DNA from: an uncultured Bacteroidales bacterium
Lineage (GTDB): Bacteria > Bacteroidota > Bacteroidia > Bacteroidales > UBA932
DNA length: 64,000 bases
NCBI GenBank assembly: GCA_944322585.1
Contig: CALUPB010000002.1
Span: 4,729-68,728 of the forward strand
Direction: 5' to 3'
The position numbers and the translations under genes were made by a program. Numbering within the stretch: the first letter of the stretch is position 1; each line of letters starts with the position of its first letter. The notes beneath the pieces were generated by a model. That model was not told the origin of the DNA. It searched no databases and saw nothing but the letters and a program-made list of their open reading frames with translations. Shown here piece by piece: positions 35,381-43,610 of the stretch.

Positions 35381-37114
35381 CGTCAGGTTTGAATTGACAT
35401 CCTCGTCATCCTCGGTAATGGTTGACTGAGTCACCTCGTACGGCTTCTCATAGGCATTGTTCACAGCCTCCTTTATCGCATCGACCTTGGCCTTGGTATA
35501 AATGTAGCCTTCCGGCTTCCAGCTGATCGCGTCGATGTCGCATCCGGTAATCTGCTTTGCCCACATCAGGGCTGCCGCATAGCGGCCTGCGGAATATTCG
35601 AGATGATAGCCGTCACGGGTCAGGTTGTCGCCGTAGAGACTTGTCCTGAGGTTCTGGATGGCGGTACCGCAAGGGATGACAATCTCGAATTCCGGATGTG
35701 CGTTGACTTTTGTCTGCACTGCATTCAGGATGGCATTGTACATCGTCATCTGGTCCTTGTTGTAGTTGGCGAACTCGGAATGCGTCGAATTGCCCTGATA
35801 AGCCCATGTCATATGCCACATCAGCTCCGCTCCCGGACAGTATTCGGTCACTTTCCGCACAAGTGTCGTGAGATAAGGCTCATATCTGTCGGCCATTCCG
35901 GACGAACCGCTGGCCTGCTGCATGGAGATATAGTCCCATTCGTCGCTCTTTATGGCGTCCACCGAACTGAAATTGTCGATGTTCTGCCATGTACCCGCCG
36001 TATTGATACGGTAAGTATATGCTCCGGCCCCGCTTTCTATATTGCCGGCATGCGTTTCAAGGGTACATCCCGGGATATACAGGTTTCCGAGCTTGATTGA
36101 TGTGTAGCCGGCGTCCTGAAGCACCTGCCAGAGATATTCCATGGCATCGTCGGAGAAACTGTTGCCTATTGCAAGAATTCTCAGCGACTCTTCGGTCTTC
36201 ATTCCGGACTGCCTTATCGTCACGGTCTTGGTGATTCCTCCATATTTGCTGGTGAAGGTAACGGTAGCCGTCCTCTCGTCAGGAGTAGTGTTGGCAGAGA
36301 CATTGAATACATAGGTGTTGGTACTGCTGGATTTGGTCGTGGATTCGGTTATCCACTGTTCTTCAGGCATCTTCACGACAACCGGAACATTGCTTGTGAC
36401 TTCCACCTTGACTTCGCCTCCTGCCGCAGGAAGGGCATAGGCCGATTTGGTCAGGACTATTTCCTGCTCGACACCTTCCTGATAAACGGTAAACTCTTCC
36501 GTCACCTCACCGTTGCTGAGGATTATCGTACCTTCCCTGACAGTGAAGGCTGTATTTTCGTCTACTGTAAACCTGATTTCAGTCTCGACTGCCTTGGAAG
36601 CCGGCTCGATGGTGATCCAGGACTTGTCCTTGTCGGCAACCGTTGCCGTGCAGGCATTCTTCGAACGGACGACAATCGCCTGCAGGCCTCCTGTGGCCGG
36701 CACTTCTATCCTGTTGGAAGTCATGGATATGCTGTTGGCCGGTTTCTGGGTCACGGTGATTGTCTTCCTCGCCACTCCGGACTTGATAAGGAACGATGCG
36801 TTTCGCTCGTCCACTTCCGTATTTTCCGCGAACTCGATGGAGATTGTGTTTTCCCCTATCGCTCCGCTCGTAGGACTGATTGTAAACCATTCATCCGCCC
36901 TGTCATTGACCATGGAGGCAGTCCAGCCGCCTTTGGTCGTGAACGCAATGGTCCTTACGCCTTCATTCTCGTCCACACAGATATTCGCGTCCGCCTCGTC
37001 CGCGAGAACGATGGACGAATTTTTCGGTTCCGGCGGGAATTTGTCTATCTCGCTCTCGCAGCTCCATAACAGGGAGCAGGCGACCGCCGCCATCAGATAT
37101 AATGTTGTTTTCAT
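34562..37114 (-). CDS. Lipoprotein with 3 BACON domains, a DUF4886 SGNH hydrolase and two C-terminal repeats
   Basis: Lipobox (LWSC); three ..N...ER.A.... BACON-type units; GNSF, WDYISMQQAS, WHMTWAY, RDGYH; duplicated ~137-aa tail. Confidence 0.85.
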   Translation of the reverse strand: MKTTLYLMAAVACSLLWSCESEIDKFPPEPKNSSIVLADEADANICVDENEGVRTIAFTTKGGWTASMVNDRADEWFTISPTSGAIGENTISIEFAENTEVDERNASFLIKSGVARKTITVTQKPANSISMTSNRIEVPATGGLQAIVVRSKNACTATVADKDKSWITIEPASKAVETEIRFTVDENTAFTVREGTIILSNGEVTEEFTVYQEGVEQEIVLTKSAYALPAAGGEVKVEVTSNVPVVVKMPEEQWITESTTKSSSTNTYVFNVSANTTPDERTATVTFTSKYGGITKTVTIRQSGMKTEESLRILAIGNSFSDDAMEYLWQVLQDAGYTSIKLGNLYIPGCTLETHAGNIESGAGAYTYRINTAGTWQNIDNFSSVDAIKSDEWDYISMQQASGSSGMADRYEPYLTTLVRKVTEYCPGAELMWHMTWAYQGNSTHSEFANYNKDQMTMYNAILNAVQTKVNAHPEFEIVIPCGTAIQNLRTSLYGDNLTRDGYHLEYSAGRYAAALMWAKQITGCDIDAISWKPEGYIYTKAKVDAIKEAVNNAYEKPYEVTQSTITEDDEDVNSNLTSILEAAGYNPDDYTQLTLKLTQPGYYNSGNGNTTVLTDQAIYAATQVFEKSDIPVGSVIVQKAGYQYRPDAWVAVDQPNSNRPAEVQIQVVEVDEAWWGEFNFRGFNLSKNPKVPLTEDDDMSYSFGIFVPKPGVEEIIVNAGYDPADYTRLEFVITEGAHYNSDAGNSDLNFTMKNYDATPIFDKEDIPNGSLIVVKSGFQYRPDGWVNLNEADDVKRPDNVTQNLVVVDDAWWGEFNYRGFNLAVKDAPKLEDWQHELIKAAFAIYVPKE

Positions 37115-37188
37115 ATTTTAAACTTTGTTTATAATAACGCTGCTTCCGGCATTCGCGCCCGGTGTGCAGTCTGAATAATCCTTCACTC

Positions 37189-37210
37189 GGCTTCCGCATT
37201 TGCGGAAGCC
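37189..37210. other. Intergenic hairpin between GH144 and the BACON-esterase gene
   Basis: GGCTTCCGCA-TT-TGCGGAAGCC. Confidence 0.6.
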
Positions 37211-37259
37211 ATGATTCCCTATTATAACGTCAATGAGGAAAAGCCGGACGGTCCTGCCG

Positions 37260-38882
37260 TCAATGCAGGATAACCGGCAACTGGTGTATCCTGCCACCCG
37301 GAGCGGTAAGCCTTATGAAATACTTCTCTCCCCGGGTTACCCTGTCCGCCCCGAAGGCAAGACTGTTCAGGCCGGAGACCGCTTCAGGAGAAGCACTGTA
37401 TACGCATTCTCCCGTGGATTCCCGGACTACCTCTACCTTTGCCGTCCCTCCGTCACCCAGATAATAGTCCAGCTCGTACTTTTCCCTGTCCGGATGCTGC
37501 ATCATGTCCATATATCCGGAACCGGTCTCGATATTGGCGAACGGGAACCCGTCCTCGAACGACGGCATCCCTATGTCGGCCTTTTCGAGAGCAGCCTTGA
37601 CATGGTCATTGGACATCAGCAGATTCCAGATAAGGCCGCTGCGGTAGTTCTCGATCATCACTACGATAGGCCCCTGGTCTATTGCAAGATGATCCCGGTT
37701 GGCAGCCTTTTCGGAAGGCTTGTATGCATCCGCAAGCCCGAACTCTCCCTGACACTCGGATATTCTGTCCATATTAAGCAGCACCTGCGTCGAATAGAAA
37801 GGAGTGTACGGATATGCGGACAGTGCAGCCGTAGGAGCAATCACCCCGTCGTCATTCTGCGGATTGCGGGCTGAGTAATTCGGGCTCGAACCGGCTCCGT
37901 AGCAGGCTGTAAGACCCCACATGTCCACGCCGTAATCATAGGTTTCCGGAGCGGAATGGATGCAGTAATGTCTGTTGACCATGGTGTGGGAAAGGTTCTG
38001 CCGCCAGTACCATGCCTTGTCATCCTGCATGAAACGGGGATCAAACCCGAGGAAAGTATAATGGCTGAAGAACAGCGGTCCGCCGAGCTCGTTCCCGAGC
38101 GGAAGTTCATAGCCGTATGTCTTCCTCTGCGGGAATGACTGGAGGTTCCAGCCTCTTCTGTAGGTTTCGGCATCTATGCAATGCCCCTCGGGAGCGGCAA
38201 GAGCCATGAGATAAGTCACCAATGCCTCGTTCCAACCGGAAATCTTCAGGGAATAGGTATCGGTCTCCGAATACCAGAGCCAGTACAGGCCGTCCCCGTT
38301 CTCTCCTGTATATCCCGACCAGTCTACAGTCCTGTACAGATTGTCTATGTCTTCCCGCAGGCCTGTCTCCACATCATCGGTACCGTCGAAATATTCGTAT
38401 GCAGCCAGCAGACCGGCCATCATGAAGGAAGATTCCACAAGGTCTCCGGTCGCTTTCTGGTCCCCGAAAGCCACATAGGACCCGTCAGGACTGTACCAGT
38501 GCGACCATGCCCCCTTGTACCTGTCAGCTTCCGTAAGGAAATCCACGATTTTACGGAGCTGTCCTGTCCCTTCCTCCCTGGTAATCCATCCTCTCTCCAC
38601 ACCGACAATCAGGGCCATCACACCGAATCCGCTGCCACCGGTAGTAACCGTATTGCCGCGGTTATTGCCTTCATAGGCCATACCGCTCTGCGGATCCGCC
38701 CCGTTGTAGAAGAATTCGAATGCGGCCTTCTGCTGACGGTCGAGGACACGCCTCACGGCCGACGGCGCATAAGTCTGGTCCCCGGGAGAGAACCGGTCTC
38801 CCCCGGTATCGGCTCCGCTGCCGGAACTGCACGAGCAGGCGGACAGAGCCAGGACTACAGACAATGCAAATATCTTGTTCAT
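37260..38882 (-). CDS. GH144 (glucoamylase-family/DUF3131) beta-1,2-glucanase-like lipoprotein
   Basis: Likely start MNKIFALS at 38882 with lipobox (LSAC); TTGGSGFG, GDLVES, GWNEAL, GPLFFSHY, WGLTA, IAPTAAL, AIDQGPIVVMIENYRSGLIW. Confidence 0.88.
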   Translation of the reverse strand: MNKIFALSVVLALSACSCSSGSGADTGGDRFSPGDQTYAPSAVRRVLDRQQKAAFEFFYNGADPQSGMAYEGNNRGNTVTTGGSGFGVMALIVGVERGWITREEGTGQLRKIVDFLTEADRYKGAWSHWYSPDGSYVAFGDQKATGDLVESSFMMAGLLAAYEYFDGTDDVETGLREDIDNLYRTVDWSGYTGENGDGLYWLWYSETDTYSLKISGWNEALVTYLMALAAPEGHCIDAETYRRGWNLQSFPQRKTYGYELPLGNELGGPLFFSHYTFLGFDPRFMQDDKAWYWRQNLSHTMVNRHYCIHSAPETYDYGVDMWGLTACYGAGSSPNYSARNPQNDDGVIAPTAALSAYPYTPFYSTQVLLNMDRISECQGEFGLADAYKPSEKAANRDHLAIDQGPIVVMIENYRSGLIWNLLMSNDHVKAALEKADIGMPSFEDGFPFANIETGSGYMDMMQHPDREKYELDYYLGDGGTAKVEVVRESTGECVYSASPEAVSGLNSLAFGADRVTRGEKYFIRLTAPGGRIHQLPVILH

Positions 38883-38901
38883 AAGGTTTGTACGTATCAT
38901 A

Positions 38902-40401
38902 TCAATATCCAGGATTCTGGGTAAGTATTCCGTTCGAAGCATCTATTTCCTGCTGAGGGATAGGATAAAGCTCCTGCTTGTTCGGGACGAAATATTCGAT
39001 TTTTTCCTCTGCTTCTCCCCAGCGGATAAGGTCGAAATAACGCTCGAACTCGAGGGCAAGCTCAAACCGGCGCTCCTCATGGATAAGATCCCTGAGCTTG
39101 GTCTGGTCACGCTCCGTAATCTCAGGAAGGGCATCGGCGTCGTTCCCCCTTGCGCGTGCCCTCACCATTTCGAGTTTTGCAAGAGCCTCGTCGGTCTCCC
39201 CGAGCTCGTTGGCGGCCTCGGCATACATAAGGACTATGTCGGAATATCTTATCATTCTGATATTTAGCCATGTAGCATTAGGATTGTTCCTGTTGTACAT
39301 CTGCTGCTCATAAAGCGGGGCATATACCTTGGCATTGTAGTGAGGATTCGGCACTTCCGCAGACTGGAAGACCACTCCGTCTCTGACATCGCCGTCACTG
39401 AGGACTGTGGCATGATAGCGGGGATCATCTTTCATATCATCCCTAAGCTGTTTGCTCGGGCCGTTCATGCCCCATCCGCAGTTAGGCTGTCCGCGGAATC
39501 CCTGGATGCTCGCCCACTGTTTGTTACCACCTGTCGAGATGGAAAGTGACGGCTTATCGTCCACGTCGAACTCATATATTGACTCCGGTCCGAACTCATA
39601 TTTCTCCGTCCATATCTCGTCGAACGGGGTGGAAAGGTCATTGTCTCCGGACTCGATGATCTGTCTGCAGTAACTCATGGAAGTGGCCCAGTCTTTCTGG
39701 TACATGTAGATCTTGGCCAGCACCGCCCTTGCGGAATTCTGCGAAACCCTTCCGAGATTCCCTGCCTCCACGAGAGCCTTGCGGGTTTCGAGATACGGGA
39801 CGGACCAGTTGAGATCCTCTATGATATTTGCATATACCTGGGTATACGGAGTACGCGGAGGGGTCTTTTCGTCCTGTTCGAGCTCCTGCTCCACGAACGG
39901 CACGTCCCCGAAAGCCTGCACAAGTCTGAAATATGCGTGTGCACGGATCGTAAGGGCCTGGGCCTTGTAGTTGTTCACTTTCTCCGCAGTGAGACTTTCA
40001 TCGAACTGGCCTGCCGCATCGCAGTATTCGATGGCTCTGTTACAGTATGTGATGACGCTGTACCACGCATTGTAGTACTGTCGTACCACACCTGCGCTTG
40101 CATCCCATGTATGGGCGTCTATCACCATCGCCCAGGACATGTCGGAAGCCGTACTTCCCTTGTCGGCATCATCCGTCGCTATGGAATGGAGACACGGGGC
40201 TCCGGCATTGAAATCATAGCTGTGCTGTGCGTTATACGCCTGGGCGAGTTCTCCTTCGATAAGGATATTATAGGGGATTTCTTCAGCCTCGAAATTTTCC
40301 GAGTGCCACTGGCCGTACGGATATCTTTCCAGAAAATCCTCTCCGCAGCCTGCAAGGACGAATCCCGCAACGGCCAGACTTATTATGGATATGTTTTTCA
40401 T
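38902..40401 (-). CDS. susD: RagB/SusD family lipoprotein
   Basis: Lipobox (LAGC); RAHAYFRLVQAFGDVP, IRYSDIVLMYAEA, ERRFELALE, QNPGY. Confidence 0.95.
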   Translation of the reverse strand: MKNISIISLAVAGFVLAGCGEDFLERYPYGQWHSENFEAEEIPYNILIEGELAQAYNAQHSYDFNAGAPCLHSIATDDADKGSTASDMSWAMVIDAHTWDASAGVVRQYYNAWYSVITYCNRAIEYCDAAGQFDESLTAEKVNNYKAQALTIRAHAYFRLVQAFGDVPFVEQELEQDEKTPPRTPYTQVYANIIEDLNWSVPYLETRKALVEAGNLGRVSQNSARAVLAKIYMYQKDWATSMSYCRQIIESGDNDLSTPFDEIWTEKYEFGPESIYEFDVDDKPSLSISTGGNKQWASIQGFRGQPNCGWGMNGPSKQLRDDMKDDPRYHATVLSDGDVRDGVVFQSAEVPNPHYNAKVYAPLYEQQMYNRNNPNATWLNIRMIRYSDIVLMYAEAANELGETDEALAKLEMVRARARGNDADALPEITERDQTKLRDLIHEERRFELALEFERYFDLIRWGEAEEKIEYFVPNKQELYPIPQQEIDASNGILTQNPGY

Positions 40402-40410
40402 GACTTGAGA

Positions 40411-43400
40411 TTAGAAAGTAAGGTTGATACCGAAAGTATAGGATGAAGGGATCGGATATGTACCGCCGTCATCTATGTTGGCATTGAGGATACCTCCGCC
40501 GATTTCAGGTGTATAGCCTGTCGTATTCTTGAATGTAAGAGGATTCTGGGCCTGGATATACACGTACACGTTGCTGAACTTGATGGCATCCAGGGCCTTC
40601 TTCGGGATTGTGTATCCGAGCTGGATATTGCGGATCCTGAAATACGAACCGTCCTCTATCGCCACGGTAGAGCAGAGGGAGTTCTGCGGTCTGGTGGAGT
40701 CGAGTATAGGGAGCTTGTCGGAAGTCCCCGGGCCGTGCCACCTTCCGAGCTGTTCCTTATAGTAATTGTACTGGGCATAGGACTGCCAGTATTTCGTGTT
40801 CATGATATCCACACCTGTCACGCCGTTCATGTCGACGCTAAGGTTGAAATTCTTGTAACCCAATCTGATGTTGATACCGTACATGAACGAAGGAATGGTC
40901 TTCCCTATGAAATCGCGGTCCTGGTCGTTGAACTTTCCGTCATTGTTGAGATCGGCATATTTGATGTCTCCCGCCTTGAACACATACGAAGAAGTGTGGT
41001 TGGCATTGAATTCATCGGCCTCCTCCTGGGTCTGGAACACGCCCTCTGCGACATAGCCGTAGAAAGAACCTACAGGCTGTCCCACTGCCGTACGGTGATA
41101 GTTGCCGGAAGTGATGTAGCTGTCATCATTGCCGAGTGCAAGGACCTTGTTCTTGATTGTGGAACCGTTGAAACTTACATTATAGTTGAAGTCCCCGATA
41201 CGGTCTTCCCATGACACCACGAATTCCACGCCCTGGTTGCTGAGCGAACCGGCATTCGTGATGGCATAACCGCTGCCGACCGATACCGTAGGCTGCACAT
41301 GGGCAAGCAGATCGGATGTCTTCTTGTAATAGTACCCGAGTTCGACTGCAAGACGGCTGTTGAACATCCTCATGTCGGTACCTATATCGAATGTGGAAAC
41401 GGTCTCCCAATGGATGTTCTGGTCCACCTGATATGAAGTCACAGGAATATAATATGTCTCGCCGTCGGATGTGATGGTCGTCCCACGAGGGTTTATGGTA
41501 GGGTAGGCCAGATAATCGCCTATCTTGTCATTACCCGCGACTCCGTAGCTTGTCCTCAGCTTCCAGAAGTTCAGCCAGTCGGCCTTCTGCATGAATTTCT
41601 CGTCGGAAATCACCCAACCGAGGCCGACAGAAGGGAAGAGTCCCCAGCGGTGGTCACGTCCGAACTTGGACGAACCGTCGTAACGGAGGGTCGCAGTGAG
41701 AAGATAACGGTCGAGAACGGTAAGGTTGACCCTGCCGAGCCAGGAAATGAAGGCATTGGAAGAACGCCAGTCCGAATTCTTCCTGGACTTGTCATCACCG
41801 AGATTCAACATCCGCATGCTCTCGGGAATGTTCCAGTACGAGCCGTTGATAAGGGTATCGACGCTGGCACTGAAGCCTACTCCGTCATATTCCTTGGCGG
41901 TGAATCCGACCACGGCATTGACCCTTACCTTGTCTGTCACCTTGGCATAGCTCAGGGTAATGTCCGCCTGGCTTTTCTTGTATTCCCCGACAGACCTGCT
42001 GAAAGAGGTATATCTGCTGTACTGGGAAGACGCCGAACCTCCGTTGGTCACATAATATTTAGGATTGTATGAGCTGGAGAACTGGGCGGTATAGTCGAAA
42101 TATCCAGCTGCCTTGAATGTGAAATCCTTGAGGAAATTGATCTCGACAAAGCCGTTGAACAGTCCCTGGTATGCATAGCTCTCGCTGTTACCGCGTGAGA
42201 TGAGCATGGCTGCCACCGGGTTTCCGACATCCTTCTGGATATTGTCGGCCGGCGTGAAATACGAGCCAAGGTTGTTCTCGTCCCAATAGTCTTCGGAATC
42301 ATAAGGTCCGTAGGTAGGAATGACCCTCGCAGTAGAAGAAAGGCTGACATTGGACGGGTCTGTCGTACGGTAACGCAGATTGGCCTGGATTCCGGCCTTC
42401 AGCCAGTTGCCGACCTTGAACTCGTTGTTATGCCTTATGTTGATGTTGTCATAGGCATTGTATTTCACGACTCCCTCATTGTGGAGATAGCTCAGGGAAG
42501 TGATTGAGGAGCCCTTTTCCCCTCCCCTCGACAGGGTCACGGTATGATTGGTGAAGAAAGCCGGACGGAGAACGAGATCTATCCAGTCCGTTCCTTCTCC
42601 GGTGAGCTGCGGAACCCACGGGGTAGCTTCGGGATCCATGTTCGTAAGGAGCTCGTTGTAGAGCATCGTGAATTCGTCGGCATTGCAGAGCTTCAGCCTG
42701 TCCCTGTTGTGGACTACTGATACTCCGGCCGTACCGCTGTAGCTTACGTTCACTCCGTCGTCCTCGGCCTTTCTGGTAGTGATGATGATTACGCCGTTGG
42801 CTCCCTGCACACCGAACATCGCAGTGGAAGAAGCGTCCTTGAGGACTTCGATGGAAGCGATGTCGTTGAGGTTAAGCCAGGAAATGTCATCCGTCAGCAT
42901 ATTGTCCACTACATACAGCGGCGTCGTGCTTGCCCTTACGGTCGAAACACCTCTCAAAGTCACTGTAGGAGTACCTTCGGCTGCTCCGGAATTGATGATG
43001 TACAGTCCCGGCACCTTGCCCTGGAGGGCCTCCAGAGGGCTGTTGGTGGCGGCCATCTTGATGTCATCGCCCCTTACCGTCGTGATGGAACCGGTAAGGT
43101 CCCTTTTCCTCTGTGTTCCGTAGCCGACTACGACCGTCTCTTCGAGTTCGAGGATTTCATCCTCCATGACCACATCGAATTTACCCCCCCCGGCGATATT
43201 CACCTTCAGGGTTTTCATTCCAGTCATGGAAAAGGTCAGCTCCGCCCCGGAAGGGACCTCGATGCTATAGTTGCCATCATTGTCCGTGATAGTATAGATG
43301 TCTCCATACGTCACGGCAACACCGGGTAATGGCTCTCCGAATGTCTTGCCCTTGACGGACCCGGTAACCTTGACATTTGTCTGCGCTGCCGCAGTCATGA

Positions 43401-43443
43401 CGGCAAGCAGAACTGCAAGTAAAACTGTCAGTGTTTTTTTCAT
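40411..43443 (-). CDS. susC: SusC/RagA TonB-dependent transporter
   Basis: Likely start MKKTLTV at 43443; VLKDASSTAMFGVQGANGVIIITT; ends GINLTF. Confidence 0.96.
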   Translation of the reverse strand: MKKTLTVLLAVLLAVMTAAAQTNVKVTGSVKGKTFGEPLPGVAVTYGDIYTITDNDGNYSIEVPSGAELTFSMTGMKTLKVNIAGGGKFDVVMEDEILELEETVVVGYGTQRKRDLTGSITTVRGDDIKMAATNSPLEALQGKVPGLYIINSGAAEGTPTVTLRGVSTVRASTTPLYVVDNMLTDDISWLNLNDIASIEVLKDASSTAMFGVQGANGVIIITTRKAEDDGVNVSYSGTAGVSVVHNRDRLKLCNADEFTMLYNELLTNMDPEATPWVPQLTGEGTDWIDLVLRPAFFTNHTVTLSRGGEKGSSITSLSYLHNEGVVKYNAYDNINIRHNNEFKVGNWLKAGIQANLRYRTTDPSNVSLSSTARVIPTYGPYDSEDYWDENNLGSYFTPADNIQKDVGNPVAAMLISRGNSESYAYQGLFNGFVEINFLKDFTFKAAGYFDYTAQFSSSYNPKYYVTNGGSASSQYSRYTSFSRSVGEYKKSQADITLSYAKVTDKVRVNAVVGFTAKEYDGVGFSASVDTLINGSYWNIPESMRMLNLGDDKSRKNSDWRSSNAFISWLGRVNLTVLDRYLLTATLRYDGSSKFGRDHRWGLFPSVGLGWVISDEKFMQKADWLNFWKLRTSYGVAGNDKIGDYLAYPTINPRGTTITSDGETYYIPVTSYQVDQNIHWETVSTFDIGTDMRMFNSRLAVELGYYYKKTSDLLAHVQPTVSVGSGYAITNAGSLSNQGVEFVVSWEDRIGDFNYNVSFNGSTIKNKVLALGNDDSYITSGNYHRTAVGQPVGSFYGYVAEGVFQTQEEADEFNANHTSSYVFKAGDIKYADLNNDGKFNDQDRDFIGKTIPSFMYGINIRLGYKNFNLSVDMNGVTGVDIMNTKYWQSYAQYNYYKEQLGRWHGPGTSDKLPILDSTRPQNSLCSTVAIEDGSYFRIRNIQLGYTIPKKALDAIKFSNVYVYIQAQNPLTFKNTTGYTPEIGGGILNANIDDGGTYPIPSSYTFGINLTF

Positions 43444-43467
43444 AATGTTATGTGGTTTGTGGTGCTG

Positions 43468-43598
43468 CAAAAATATAATCCCCCAGACAAAAACGGCAAA
43501 AAGGACGTACTCGAAAAACACTACATACAGAAGGCAGCCGTGACAGGCTGCCCTACAAAAGCACTACATACATGCTTAAATATCTGTTTATCAGATAT
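43468..43598 (-). promoter_or_regulatory. susC promoter and candidate LuxR-type operator
   Basis: TATTTTTG (complement of 43468-43475) with TTTG 21 nt upstream; CACTACATAC at 43519 and 43562; CTACA at 43553 and 43564; ATATCTG/CAGATAT palindrome at 43580-43598. Confidence 0.6.
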
Positions 43599-43610
43599 GA
43601 TTCTATGACA

